A stretch of 64,000 nt of DNA from the IMG/VR virus record IMGVR_UViG_3300045988_173968, one strand, 5' to 3'. Below the pieces are notes generated by a model. It was not told where the DNA came from. It ran no database searches and worked only from the letters and a program-made list of their open reading frames with translations. This stretch comes from a virus. Shown here in pieces: positions 14,154 through 23,603 of this stretch. The first letter of the stretch is position 1. Each line of letters opens with the position of its first letter. Made by a program: the position numbers and the translations under genes.

Positions 14154-14268
14154 ACCCCATTTCCTCAAGGTCTTTGCGGGCTTCTTTGGTATCATCGGCG
14201 CTGAAAAGGAACACGCCGTCGCCGTACACTTCCACATGCCCTTGAACATATTTCATTGTGATGCTCAT
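14140..14268 (-). CDS. small acidic hypothetical protein (42 aa)
   Basis: AAGGAGG RBS 8 nt before ATG 14268. MSITMKYVQGHVEVYGDGVFLFSADDTKEARKDLEEMGYADD. Below the ORF-track cutoff. Confidence 0.4.
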   Translation of the reverse strand: MSITMKYVQGHVEVYGDGVFLFSADDTKEARKDLEEMGYADD

Positions 14269-14280
14269 CGCAAAGCCTCC

Positions 14281-14580
14281 TTATTCAAATGTGTAGCCCC
14301 ATCCCGCAAGATTGAGAAATCCATCGTGAGGATTTTCAAATACATCAAGCTTAACCGGCTGTTGACACAGGAATGTGCCTGCATGATTAACAAATACTCT
14401 CTTTTCGAGTGTGCAGAAGTCGCCCTCATCTCCATGCCGTATATCATACGCATACCAGCCATCTGGAACTGTGTTTTTATCTACACGGCAGTTTGTGAAG
14501 AAGCCTCTTACCTCACGCTCTGTGTCCGGCGCTACTACAAAGGCTTGGTTTTCCTCCAGCGCCTCTTGAAATGTGATCAT
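14281..14580 (-). CDS. hypothetical protein (accessory type common in phages and conjugative elements)
   Basis: ORF track 99 aa. GGGAGG RBS. Confidence 0.6.
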   Translation of the reverse strand: MITFQEALEENQAFVVAPDTEREVRGFFTNCRVDKNTVPDGWYAYDIRHGDEGDFCTLEKRVFVNHAGTFLCQQPVKLDVFENPHDGFLNLAGWGYTFE

Positions 14581-14583
14581 TTT

Positions 14584-14778
14584 TTAGTCCTCCCAGTTGT
14601 CCAAGAATGTTTCCCCGTCAATGAAATACCACTCATCGGCAACAAGAATATCTTCTTCATCGACGCCGTTTTCTATGAGAGATCGAACTCGAGCTGTCGC
14701 TTTTTCGGTGAATTCCACCCGTTCTACCCGGAGGTGGTTATCCTCCGGGTCTGGGTAGATGATGTAGTAGGTGTACAT
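14584..14778 (-). CDS. small acidic hypothetical protein
   Basis: ORF track 64 aa. TAATG overlap with the upstream gene. Confidence 0.55.
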   Translation of the reverse strand: MYTYYIIYPDPEDNHLRVERVEFTEKATARVRSLIENGVDEEDILVADEWYFIDGETFLDNWED

Positions 14779-15005
14779 TACGCTTTCATCACCGCCTTAA
14801 ACATGTAAGGGGTGCGCTCTCCGAGCAGACCACGATAGTCGCTCTCCTTATAGACACCATTCTCCCATTTTTCCTCACGCTGCTTGCGCTCGGCTTCGGT
14901 GAAAGGGGTCATGTTCAGACCGTAGCAGAACTTGCTGTTGTTGCCGGCAGCTTTTTCTGCCTTTTCCTTAAGGATAATTTCTGCGTTGCGGGTTCTCTTT
15001 TCCAT
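14778..15005 (-). CDS. hypothetical protein
   Basis: GGAGG RBS 8 nt before ATG 15005 (MEKRTRNAEIIL...). TAATG overlap with the upstream gene. Confidence 0.55.
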   Translation of the reverse strand: MEKRTRNAEIILKEKAEKAAGNNSKFCYGLNMTPFTEAERKQREEKWENGVYKESDYRGLLGERTPYMFKAVMKA

Positions 15006-15328
15006 TATGCGTACCTCCATGTGTTCAAAAAATGTGTGTATTTCTCGATGAGATCATCGGGAATGCTTACGAAATCTTCTTCGCCCAGCCCACAGATAAA
15101 GACCGAACCGAAGATGATGTCCTTTACTGCTCCGGCTTCATCAGCCATCATCAGGCAGGCTTTGCTGCCATCGAATTTTCCCTCCTCATTGCAGATGAGT
15201 GCAACGGGGTCGTCAAACGGGAATATTGCCTCTATGGGGCCTTTTACGATTTCCTGCATAGATTTGAGGCTGCCGTCGACCTCAACGATCTGGGGCTTTC
15301 TATGCGGCTCTAACGCAAGAATTTTCAC
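15005..15328 (-). CDS. DUF3846-like protein
   Basis: 107 aa. GTG start after GAGGAGG. ILALEPHRKPQIVEVDGSLKSMQEIVKGPIEAIFPFDDPVALICNEEGK matches my recollection of that family. Confidence 0.55.
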   Translation of the reverse strand: MKILALEPHRKPQIVEVDGSLKSMQEIVKGPIEAIFPFDDPVALICNEEGKFDGSKACLMMADEAGAVKDIIFGSVFICGLGEEDFVSIPDDLIEKYTHFLNTWRYA

Positions 15329-15332
15329 CCTA

Positions 15333-15581
15333 TCACTCCTCCTCTCGGAGATACAGGACTTCTCCGGTACTGTTGTCCGTGAGGGCGTTCAATCCTTTAA
15401 TCGGGACAATGACTTTACAGCCGGCAAGGTTGATGTATGCGGCGTTTACCTTGCCCTCGTCGGATTTCTTGATGAGCATGAGCATCGGCTCACTCAGCAC
15501 AACCACACAGCCGTGGTAACAAGCTGTGATGCCATTGGGAAGAATGTGGATACCGGTCTGTACGAATTCATTGATTGTCAT
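15333..15581 (-). CDS. hypothetical protein
   Basis: ORF track 82 aa. AAAGGAG RBS. Confidence 0.55.
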   Translation of the reverse strand: MTINEFVQTGIHILPNGITACYHGCVVVLSEPMLMLIKKSDEGKVNAAYINLAGCKVIVPIKGLNALTDNSTGEVLYLREEE

Positions 15582-15677
15582 TTTTGCTTACTCCTTTCAG
15601 TCTCTGCGCTCAAGGCGCTTTTCGCTTATTATTTTCTCGCTTATTCGGGCTTCGCCCTCATTGCGTTCGAGATGTAT

Positions 15678-15702
15678 CAAAAAAGCACCCTTTGTGGGTG
15701 CT
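15678..15702 (-). terminator. intrinsic terminator (hairpin usable on both strands)
   Basis: AGCACCC-TTTGT-GGGTGCT flanked by an A-run on one side and a T-run on the other. Lies 18 nt downstream of the stop of 15720-15971. Confidence 0.6.
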
Positions 15703-15719
15703 AATTTTGCATTTGATTT

Positions 15720-15971
15720 TTACGCCTCAACGACAGTCCAGCTTTTGCCGGAAGCCGTATCGACCACTTTTTTGATTTTTCTTGCGTTAAACACGGATAC
15801 CGCCCCATCATCAAAAGTGAACGCAACCGCATTTGCGGAGCTGCTGAAGCTGAACCGCTTTACGGTTGAAAATTCTTTTGTCTTTTTAGTACAGTCGGTC
15901 AGGACGATACCTTTTGCCATAGGCGCATCAAGTCCTCCAAGGATTGCGCCGTAATCAGTTTTTAGGAACAT
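15720..15971 (-). CDS. hypothetical protein
   Basis: ORF track 83 aa. AGGAGGAG RBS. Confidence 0.6.
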   Translation of the reverse strand: MFLKTDYGAILGGLDAPMAKGIVLTDCTKKTKEFSTVKRFSFSSSANAVAFTFDDGAVSVFNARKIKKVVDTASGKSWTVVEA

Positions 15972-15995
15972 TTTTGCTCACTCCTCCTAAATGCT

Positions 15996-16115
15996 TCAGC
16001 CAAAAGCGGCGAACATTACGAACACAAATCCCCAGAAGAAAGCCCCTCCGAGGATCACTCCAAGGACGATTTTTACCCAGTCCATCAGGGTAAAATCCTT
16101 TGTTGCTTCAAGCAT
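15996..16115 (-). CDS. small membrane protein (39 aa)
   Basis: GGAGG RBS. MLEATKDFTLMDWVKIVLGVILGGAFFWGFVFVMFAAFG. Below the ORF-track cutoff. Confidence 0.4.
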   Translation of the reverse strand: MLEATKDFTLMDWVKIVLGVILGGAFFWGFVFVMFAAFG

Positions 16116-16291
16116 GATTTTTACCTCCATACAGACTATTGCTCCAAACAGGCTTAATAGCATTTTTGCCATCTGGAATGCTTGCTTTCAGCCGCTTTTA
16201 CGCCTAAACAATTGGCATAAAAGCGTTGCCCGATACCCGGCACGAGGAGCCATCAAGCATGGGTATCTTTTCGCTCATTAAGGGATAAAGC

Positions 16292-16320
16292 AAAGCCCCG
16301 ACAGCATAAGCCATCGGGGC
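16292..16320 (-). terminator. terminator-like hairpin after the 16336-17274 gene
   Basis: GCCCCGA-(12-nt loop)-TCGGGGC, with T-rich flanks on both strands. Confidence 0.5.
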
Positions 16321-16335
16321 TTTTCCCATTCGTTT

Positions 16336-17274
16336 TTACGCGGCAGCTTTAGCGGACTTCTTGCCTTTGCCGCCTTTGCCCTTTTTGGGAGCGGGCGCGG
16401 GGGTAGCGGCAGCCTCAGCCTTTGCAACAGCAGCCTTTTCCTCAGCAACCTTAGCAGCAGCCTCAGCCTTAGCAGCCTTTTCATCGGCATTTTTCTTAGA
16501 CCATTCATCAGCGGTGAGACCCTTAATCTCATCGAGCTTTTTCTGGGCATCATCGACTTTCTTCTGGAATTGGGCGATTTTGGCATCGCAGATATCGGAG
16601 AGAGCCTTAAACTCTGCCTTTACAGCTTCAGAGGAATTTTTTGCAGCACGAACCTCATAGGCGGATTTGTTGGCTTTTTCCGCTTCAATGTTGGCATTAT
16701 TCTTGCGAATAGTGCCTACGAGCTTATTCAGGGCACGGAGAAACTCACGCTCATTATCAGTCATAACCTCGGCTTGGTTCATACGGATACCGAGAATGGT
16801 TTCAACCTTATTGCGGAAAATGCCCTCGGGTACGGTTGCCCAGACCTTTTGCGCAACAAAATTTTCGTCCATATCGGTGTTCACAGCATTCGCCTGAAAT
16901 CTCTGAACGACGGTCATCAGATCCTCAATGTCGCGGGGGTGGACGATAATGCGTCTCTGATCCTTTTCTGCTTCACCCCAGTCCAAAATCTGACGCCACA
17001 GGTCAAAAACCTTGTTGCGACGCTCTTTCAGAGCCTTTTCATGCTCCATGGGATTGGTCATGAAGTCCTTAGACTTGCCATAGCGAACATAGTCGCAGAG
17101 TGCCTCATACAGGACAGAAATGCTATCCTTGTAGATGGCAAACTGACTTTCAGTCACATTGTTCAGAATAGCCGCCTCAGACTTGATTGCACCACGGTTT
17201 CCATTGTCATAGGCGCTCAGCAGAGCATCGTGCATCCAGTTAATGCAGTGAACTTTCTTTTCAGTGTTAGCCAT
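16336..17274 (-). CDS. hypothetical protein with Ala/Lys-rich (histone-H1-like) C-terminal tail
   Basis: AAGAGG RBS before ATG 17274 (MANTEKKVHCINW...). The C-terminus ...AEKAAKAEAAAKVAEEKAAVAKAEAAATPAPAPKKGKGGKGKK suggests nucleic-acid binding. Confidence 0.65.
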   Translation of the reverse strand: MANTEKKVHCINWMHDALLSAYDNGNRGAIKSEAAILNNVTESQFAIYKDSISVLYEALCDYVRYGKSKDFMTNPMEHEKALKERRNKVFDLWRQILDWGEAEKDQRRIIVHPRDIEDLMTVVQRFQANAVNTDMDENFVAQKVWATVPEGIFRNKVETILGIRMNQAEVMTDNEREFLRALNKLVGTIRKNNANIEAEKANKSAYEVRAAKNSSEAVKAEFKALSDICDAKIAQFQKKVDDAQKKLDEIKGLTADEWSKKNADEKAAKAEAAAKVAEEKAAVAKAEAAATPAPAPKKGKGGKGKKSAKAAA

Positions 17275-18103
17275 AATAATACCTCTTTCATCAAAATGCG
17301 TGCTATTGCACATTTTCTTATGCTCGAACACTCATGAGCATACCAATGCCCCCAATGGCAAGCATCAGGGGCACGCCGTATGCTCACGAATAAGCCCTCA
17401 GAGGTATTCACGATTAGAGCCATCAGGACAATCATTTTCGCTTGCTCACCGTGTTCGCGGCGCTCAAGCCATTAGCGCAGGTTCGGATCAACTTAATGCC
17501 ATATGGTCTGCAAGATTGTTCATCAGGTTCCAACCAATCCTACCCATCAAGCCATTCTCAAGCACGAGATTTTTCACTCGCTCGATACTCTCGCATCGCT
17601 CAAGTGTTCATTGATAAAGAGGTGGTTTTCTCCATCTCGCCTCAGCATTTCCTCAAGCCGAGTTTAGGTTATGCAGGCATAAACCTCTGGGCATTTTCAC
17701 CATCTGCTCCAGCGACGGCCTCGAGCTTAAACCACTTCCCAGCGGGTTTCATAGGTCACGCGGTTGTGGCGCTTTTGGCTTGTTTTTTGTTTCCCCCGCC
17801 GCCCGCCGCTTGCTTTCGTTTCGCGGCGGGGCGGGGCGGGGGGCTTTCGCTGTGGGGGCTTGCGCCCCGCACCTACTATGTATTTGAAACGCACATAACC
17901 GACATACTAATTTTGCTATATTTATATAACAGTTTTGTTATATACGCACCGCCCCATATACGCGCGGGCGGAAAAGTGCCTGCAATCGCTTGCAAGGCGG
18001 CAAATTTGCGCCGTGCGCGGTTTTTGTGCGCGGCGCGTAAAATTTTACGATTGAAACAGAAAGCCGCCGTAAAACGCATTCACGGCGGCGCGGCGAAAGG
18101 CAT

Positions 18104-18133
18104 AAAAAAAGCCCCCCGCAAAAAGCGGGGGGC
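18104..18133 (-). terminator. strong intrinsic terminator of the GC-rich gene
   Basis: On the minus strand: GCCCCCCGC-TTTTT-GCGGGGGGC followed by TTTTTTT, 12 nt after the TAA at 18145. Confidence 0.75.
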
Positions 18134-18144
18134 GGGGGGTAAAA

Positions 18145-19029
18145 TTAGAGGGTAAAGGCGGCGCGGGCGGCGGTGAAAATTCTTTCAATCATCTTTTGTT
18201 CCGCGCCTGAAAGCGCTTTCATATTGCGGGCGGCCCCATTGTATGCGGCCCATGCTTTTTCGCGGGGGATTTTACCCTTGCAATAGCTTTCAATCCATTC
18301 CACGACGGCGGCGCACTCCGCGGCTGTTTCCGTATTATCGCGGGCTTTCAGATTGACAATATAGATATTGCTATCGTCATCATCGGCGGCGGGTGCATAG
18401 TCCATTTTAACGGCCTGAGCGCGGGCGGCGTTGATATTGCGCCATACTGCTTTCATTCCCTCTTTCAGTATATCGGCGTCGGGGGCGGCGGTGAGCATTG
18501 CGACAATGGCGTCTTGTACCATATCGCAACAGATACCGCCCGCCATATACGCGGCTATGCTTCCGTCATTCCATGCGGCGGCGGCGGTGCTTTCGCGGTT
18601 TGCGCGGGCGGCTTTCGCTATCTTGCTTTCAGCTTTCATGCGTACTTTCGCGCGGCTATCGGCTTTCGCGGCTTTCACGGCGGGGGCACTGTTTTTGGGG
18701 GCGCGGATTGCCTTGCAAGCCTTTTCCGCTTTCGCTTTCGCGTTTACGGCGGCGGTATTCATGCGGCGCACTTTATACCGCGCGGCTTTCGTTCCATAAT
18801 GGGCGGCGGCCGTTTCCATGCGTTTCACATAGGCGGCGGCGCGGCATAATTCATTGTAGTACTCACGCATTGTTTCCGCGCCATTGCTTTCGGCTTTCCC
18901 GCCGCGATACAAATATCGAACGGCGTACATTGTCGCTTTCAGCCCATAGTAGTAGGGGCGGGCATTGATGGCGGCGGGGGTAACAGTTTCGCGGGCGGTG
19001 CTTTCGGTTTTGTTCATGTTCTCTTTCAT
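18145..19029 (-). CDS. Ala-rich hypothetical protein in a GC-rich island (weak sigma-factor-like hints only)
   Basis: Long ORF (track 18145-19083). AGGA RBS before ATG 19029. GCG/GCC-rich codons are unlike the rest of the window, and all six frames are open locally, so frame choice relies on the start, RBS and terminator. Confidence 0.5.
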   Translation of the reverse strand: MKENMNKTESTARETVTPAAINARPYYYGLKATMYAVRYLYRGGKAESNGAETMREYYNELCRAAAYVKRMETAAAHYGTKAARYKVRRMNTAAVNAKAKAEKACKAIRAPKNSAPAVKAAKADSRAKVRMKAESKIAKAARANRESTAAAAWNDGSIAAYMAGGICCDMVQDAIVAMLTAAPDADILKEGMKAVWRNINAARAQAVKMDYAPAADDDDSNIYIVNLKARDNTETAAECAAVVEWIESYCKGKIPREKAWAAYNGAARNMKALSGAEQKMIERIFTAARAAFTL

Positions 19030-19468
19030 GGTATTCCTTTCTTTCGTGCCTTTCGCCTTTTGGGGCTGTTTGGCATTGTGCATGGTTATTTGGTATCCGC
19101 CCCCATGCGGGCGGTATTTTGGGCGGGGGATTATCCCCCTTGCCTATTGTATCAGTTTTCCGCACCCATTGCAATACCCTTTTTGCAGATATTCACACGC
19201 CCCATTTTCACATTTTGGGGTATGGGGGGGTATTTTTCACCGCATACCCCGCCGCTTTTGCCCAGCCAGATGCTAGCTGTTCATTCCCGTTCAGTCAATT
19301 CACTAATCCCCTCACCCATAGCGAAAAAGCCCAGTTTCAACGCAAAAACAGCCACTACACCAATTAAACCTTACAGAGAAAAAATACCACTTTTCAGTGG
19401 CAAACTTCAAAAAATCCCGTTTCACCGGTAACAACCGTATATTTATACGGCAAATTCTCCAAACGCCA

Positions 19469-19497
19469 TATACAAATACCTTTTTTGATGATATAAT
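19469..19497 (+). promoter_or_regulatory. candidate promoter of the integrase gene
   Basis: TATACA (-35, 4/6 match), 17-nt spacer, extended -10 TGATATAAT (19489-19497), 35 nt upstream of the integrase ATG. Confidence 0.45.
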
Positions 19498-19531
19498 ATA
19501 CTCAGAAACTAAGGTTCAAGGAGGTACATAT

Positions 19532-20326
19532 ATGGAGAGAATTGCAAAGGTTGAGTTAGAGGAAATCGAAGAGAAGGAGCTTGCGGAGAGCAAAGCAGCT
19601 GAGCCTATTAAGGACAAGGAAGACATTCGCCGTATATCGGAGTATCTGGTAGAGCAAGGCCGGTACAGAGACAACATGCTGTTTATTGTAGGGATCAATG
19701 TAGGACTGAGAGTTAGCGACCTGATAGAGCTACGGTTCAGTGACTTTATTGATGCCGATGGCAAGTACAAGACAGAGTTTGATGTATTTGAGCATAAGAC
19801 TCGCAAGAGCCGCAAGAACCCAAAGAATAGACGGATAGGTATTAACGAAGCAGTGGTTTGGGCTATTGATGAATACCTGAACAATGAAGCCCGCAAGGGC
19901 AATAAAATAAAACTAAATGAATATTTATTTCCGGCGACCAGGAGCGACACAGAGACTGGGCATATAAACCGGAAAACTGTGGACATGATGATTAAGGGAG
20001 TTATTAAGGATTTAGGTATTCAGGTTAAGGCAAGCACACACACCTTACGCAAGACATTCGGGTATCAGATGATGGAAGCAGCTCCGGTTGGCAAAAAGGA
20101 AGCTACTCTGTTACTGCTTCAGGAGATTTACGGGCATTCCGACAGCCGTACAACTAGACGATACATTGGCATTACTCAGGATGATATTACGGATGCGTAC
20201 TTGGGATTAAACCTTGGATTAGGCCCAAGACTGCAAAAGTGGTATGAAGGCCACCCCGCCAATGAACAAGGTGATCAAGTGAAATTTATTGATTTTTGTT
20301 CAGGAAAAAATGTGATTAACGGATAA
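19532..20326 (+). CDS. int: tyrosine recombinase / phage integrase
   Basis: GGAGG RBS. 264 aa. GLRVSDLIELR (Arg), HTLRKTFGYQMM (H-x-x-R), YGHSDSRTTRRYI (His...Tyr). Confidence 0.9.
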   Translation: MERIAKVELEEIEEKELAESKAAEPIKDKEDIRRISEYLVEQGRYRDNMLFIVGINVGLRVSDLIELRFSDFIDADGKYKTEFDVFEHKTRKSRKNPKNRRIGINEAVVWAIDEYLNNEARKGNKIKLNEYLFPATRSDTETGHINRKTVDMMIKGVIKDLGIQVKASTHTLRKTFGYQMMEAAPVGKKEATLLLLQEIYGHSDSRTTRRYIGITQDDITDAYLGLNLGLGPRLQKWYEGHPANEQGDQVKFIDFCSGKNVING

Positions 20327-20598
20327 TAGCCCATATTTTTTGCATTCTAACTGCAAAATTTGCAAACTGGTTGCAAAAAATTTTTAGAAAACCGCTTGAT
20401 CAATAGGCTTTACGGTACCTGTCCCTTAAAAGGAAATTATAAAGGCTAACAGTTTAACGAAAAATGGGCAAGGGTACATACGCAGGAAGAGGACGCTACC
20501 ATACCACTTGCCCCCAAGCCCCCATTGTATGTGCATGGTGGATACTGTACGCCAATGGAGGACAGTCATTATTATCTTTCGAGGACATATGTTTGTCC

Positions 20599-21846
20599 AT
20601 GAAATACACTTTTGGAAAGAAGGAATGTTTATTGAAGACAGTAAAAGTCTGCGACTCTATCATGGGCTCAGGCAAGACGAGTGCAGCGATACGGATGATG
20701 AACGAGGAAAGGGATAAGAGATTCATCTTTATTACTCCGTTCCTTGCTGAAGCTGACCGCATCGCAGAGGAATGCGAAAGCAGAGGTTTTACGGTTCCTG
20801 TTAAGGTTAAGGGCAGGAAACAGGAATGTCTGCACCAACTGTTGCGGGAAAAGAGGAATGTGTCCACCACTCACGCACTGTTTCTGGACAGTACGGAGGA
20901 GACTATCCGGTTAATTGAAGAAGGCGGATACACATTAGTTCTCGACGAGGTACTTGAACTGTTCGAGAGCAAGGACATCTCGGAGGACGATGTGAACCTG
21001 TTGCAGATTGGCGGAGTAATTGAGATTAAGGAGAACGGTTCTGTTGTCTGGCTAAACGAAGAGTATGATGGTGTGTTTGCGGACTATAAGGAGATGGCAC
21101 TGACTGGCGAACTTTATTACATCAATGATCGGCTGATGTTTTACTCCTATCCTGCTGATGTACTTAAGGCGTTTGAGGAAGTGTATGTGCTAACTTACAT
21201 GTTCGCCGCCCAGACACAAAGATACTACTTTGACATGCGCGGTATTGGTTATGAGTACATCGGAACAAAGAAGCTGCCGGACGGGGGGTACATTTTCACC
21301 GAACGGGCGGAGGTACCTGAGTACGCTAGACACCTTAAGGAAAAGATACATATTGTGGACAGTGAGAAGATGAACAGTGTAGGTAATGGGAAGTATGCCT
21401 TGTCTATGAGATAGTTCCAAGAGAGAGCCGAGCCGGAAGCCGTCGAGCAGATTAAAAAGAACCTACTAAATTATTTTCAAGCAATTAGTGGTTCCAAGGC
21501 ATCTGACCGCTTGTGGGCAACATACAACGTTTCCAAGGATAAGTTGCAGGGGCGTTATGGTCAAAGCTTTCTCTCCTTCAACTCTCGTGCGACAAATAGC
21601 TACAGAGACAAGACCTGTCTGGCGTATCTAGTAAATGTATTTATGAATCCATTTGAGTACAACTTCTTTACGGCGCAGGGCGTCCAGCCAGACCAAGATG
21701 GGTATGCACTGTCTGTTATGGCTCAGTGGATCTGGCGGTCGGCTATCCGCGAGGGCAAAGACATTGAGATTTACATACCGTCCAAGCGAATGCGAGACCT
21801 GTTGATTGCATGGTGCGATAGACTGGAGAAGGGAGAGATGCGGTAA
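20599..21846 (+). CDS. P-loop NTPase / SF2-helicase-like replication protein; one in-frame TAG (21412-21414)
   Basis: Walker A MGSGKTSAAI, Walker B LVLDEV. ORF-track pieces 20464-21414 and 21511-21846 share a frame with only the TAG between them. The start is uncertain (ATG 20599 preferred over 20464). Confidence 0.7.
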
Positions 21847-21847
21847 T

Positions 21848-22240
21848 ATGGAGCCTGCTTATAAGATATTGGCCGTTGAGTTTGATGAAACCATCTTCCG
21901 GCGAGACCTGAAGACATGGAAGTACGAAGCCAACTGGGAAGTCGTACAGTACATACGGCAAAAAGCCAAAGAGGGCTGGGACATCGTTCTGATAACAAAC
22001 CGTTTCAATAAGTGGACACTGAATGAGGCAATTAAGCTGTGTGAAAATGTTGATATACGGTTTTCTGAGATCAACGATAACCCATGGTGGGTGTATGCCA
22101 TTAAGGGACAGCCAAATAAGATTTACTGGAATGAGCTAATTGACCGCTGGGGTTTCCATGAGGCGAAAGGTTGCGAGATTCCCGAAGGATTTGACGAGAA
22201 CTGGGGGTTAGAAGATGAGACGAAAAATATTAGCAGTTGA
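21848..22240 (+). CDS. HAD-superfamily phosphatase-like protein
   Basis: ILAVEFDETIF (DxDxT-like). Tandem paralog of the next gene. Confidence 0.55.
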   Translation: MEPAYKILAVEFDETIFRRDLKTWKYEANWEVVQYIRQKAKEGWDIVLITNRFNKWTLNEAIKLCENVDIRFSEINDNPWWVYAIKGQPNKIYWNELIDRWGFHEAKGCEIPEGFDENWGLEDETKNISS

Positions 22241-22562
22241 TTTTGATGACACTTTGTTTTGGACAGATTACTACAGTTATGAATACGAGCCGAACTGGCC
22301 GGTGATCAATTATGTCCGTAAGCGCCAGAAAGAAGGGTGGATCATCATCCTGTGGACTTGTCGGTATAGAGAGGAAGCTGTGGCAGAAGCAGTAGCAAAG
22401 TGTGAAGAGTACGGGATTAAACCTGACTATGTAAATGAAAACGCCGCCCAAACGATTGAGCGGTATGGCGACCCAAGAAAAATTTTGTGTGACGAGCTGA
22501 TTGATGATACGGTTCGGCACACGGTAAAGGAGATTTATAAGAATGTAGGGAATCTATTATGA
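22215..22562 (+). CDS. HAD-superfamily phosphatase-like protein (paralog)
   Basis: ILAVDFDDTLF DxDxT motif. ORF track 115 aa. Confidence 0.6.
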   Translation: MRRKILAVDFDDTLFWTDYYSYEYEPNWPVINYVRKRQKEGWIIILWTCRYREEAVAEAVAKCEEYGIKPDYVNENAAQTIERYGDPRKILCDELIDDTVRHTVKEIYKNVGNLL

Positions 22563-22593
22563 AAGCAATGACGGTACCTCTCGGAAGATTGGG

Positions 22594-22755
22594 ATGGTGA
22601 GTAAGTTTGATGACTATTGGGATATAGTCAAAAAGGACTTCGCTGTACGAGGGATAACTCCGTACTATTACCGCTACTGGGGCGATGAGAACGAGATGAC
22701 TGTTGATTTCGGGAGCTGGTCAACATTCATTAAGGTGCGGAAGGAGGAACCGTGA
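22594..22755 (+). CDS. small hypothetical protein (53 aa)
   Basis: ATG 22594. Its TGA overlaps the next ATG. Weak RBS. Below the ORF-track cutoff. Confidence 0.3.
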   Translation: MVSKFDDYWDIVKKDFAVRGITPYYYRYWGDENEMTVDFGSWSTFIKVRKEEP

Positions 22756-23324
22756 TGAACTACTATATTGCTGACACCCACTTTGGGCACCGCAATATCA
22801 TCAACTTTGATGGTCGCCCTTTCCACGACATTACTGAAATGAAGCTTGCGTTGATTGCTCGCTGGAATAAACGAGTTACCAGCGAGGATACCGTATTTAT
22901 CCTTGGCGACTTTTGCTGGGGTAAGGCCCCGGAGTGGATAGAACTGCTTTCTGCTTTGAACGGCAATAAGGTTCTCATTCGTGGCAACCACGACCTGCGA
23001 AATATGCCGGCTGAGCTTCGTCATATGTTTGCCGATGTGAAGGACTACAAGGAGGTAAAGGACGGGGATAGACTGGTCATTATGTGCCACTACCCTATCC
23101 CCTGCTATAAAAAGGACTATGACCCGAATGTATACATGCTCCACGGACATGTCCACGAAACGCAGGAGTGGGCTCACACTCACACCATTGTGAGCTTTAT
23201 GAAAGAATCCAATCCGGGAAAGTATCAAGGTAATGTGTACAATGTCGGAGCAATGATGGATTACATGGACTACACTCCAAGAATTCTGGACGAAATCATT
23301 GCCGGAGGAAGCAAATATTATTAA
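22755..23324 (+). CDS. calcineurin-like metallophosphoesterase
   Basis: AAGGAGG RBS. IADTHFGH, ILGDF, RGNHD, LHGHVH motifs. Confidence 0.8.
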   Translation: MNYYIADTHFGHRNIINFDGRPFHDITEMKLALIARWNKRVTSEDTVFILGDFCWGKAPEWIELLSALNGNKVLIRGNHDLRNMPAELRHMFADVKDYKEVKDGDRLVIMCHYPIPCYKKDYDPNVYMLHGHVHETQEWAHTHTIVSFMKESNPGKYQGNVYNVGAMMDYMDYTPRILDEIIAGGSKYY

Positions 23325-23342
23325 GAAAGGACTACATAAATT

Positions 23343-23603
23343 ATGAAGTACCGAAAGCTCCCTGTTGTAATCGAAGCATTTAAGCTCGGATCTCAGCCAA
23401 CTCCCCCATGGTTCCTTAACGCTGTACGGGATGGTCGCGTACAGATGCACTACGATGAGAAATTGTGGTGTGAGGTAAATACGCTGGAAGGTATTATGAC
23501 AGCTTCCCAGTGTGAAGACTACATAGTGCAAGGCATAGACGGCGAACTCTATCCTTGCAAAGCAAACATATTTGAGAAAACATATGAGGAGGTCGTTGAA
23601 TGA
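23343..23603 (+). CDS. conserved phage hypothetical protein
   Basis: ORF track 86 aa. The pattern PVVIEAFKL...[32 protein letters not shown] recurs in phage genomes as far as I recall. Confidence 0.6.
   Translation: MKYRKLPVVIEAFKLGSQPTPPWFLNAVRDGRVQMHYDEKLWCEVNTLEGIMTASQCEDYIVQGIDGELYPCKANIFEKTYEEVVE

Noticed and set aside
18431-19431. Multiple overlapping ORFs in five frames within the GC-rich island.
   Set aside because: High GC removes stop codons in all frames. Only the 18145-19029/19083 frame has a start, an RBS and a terminator. Even that call is moderate.
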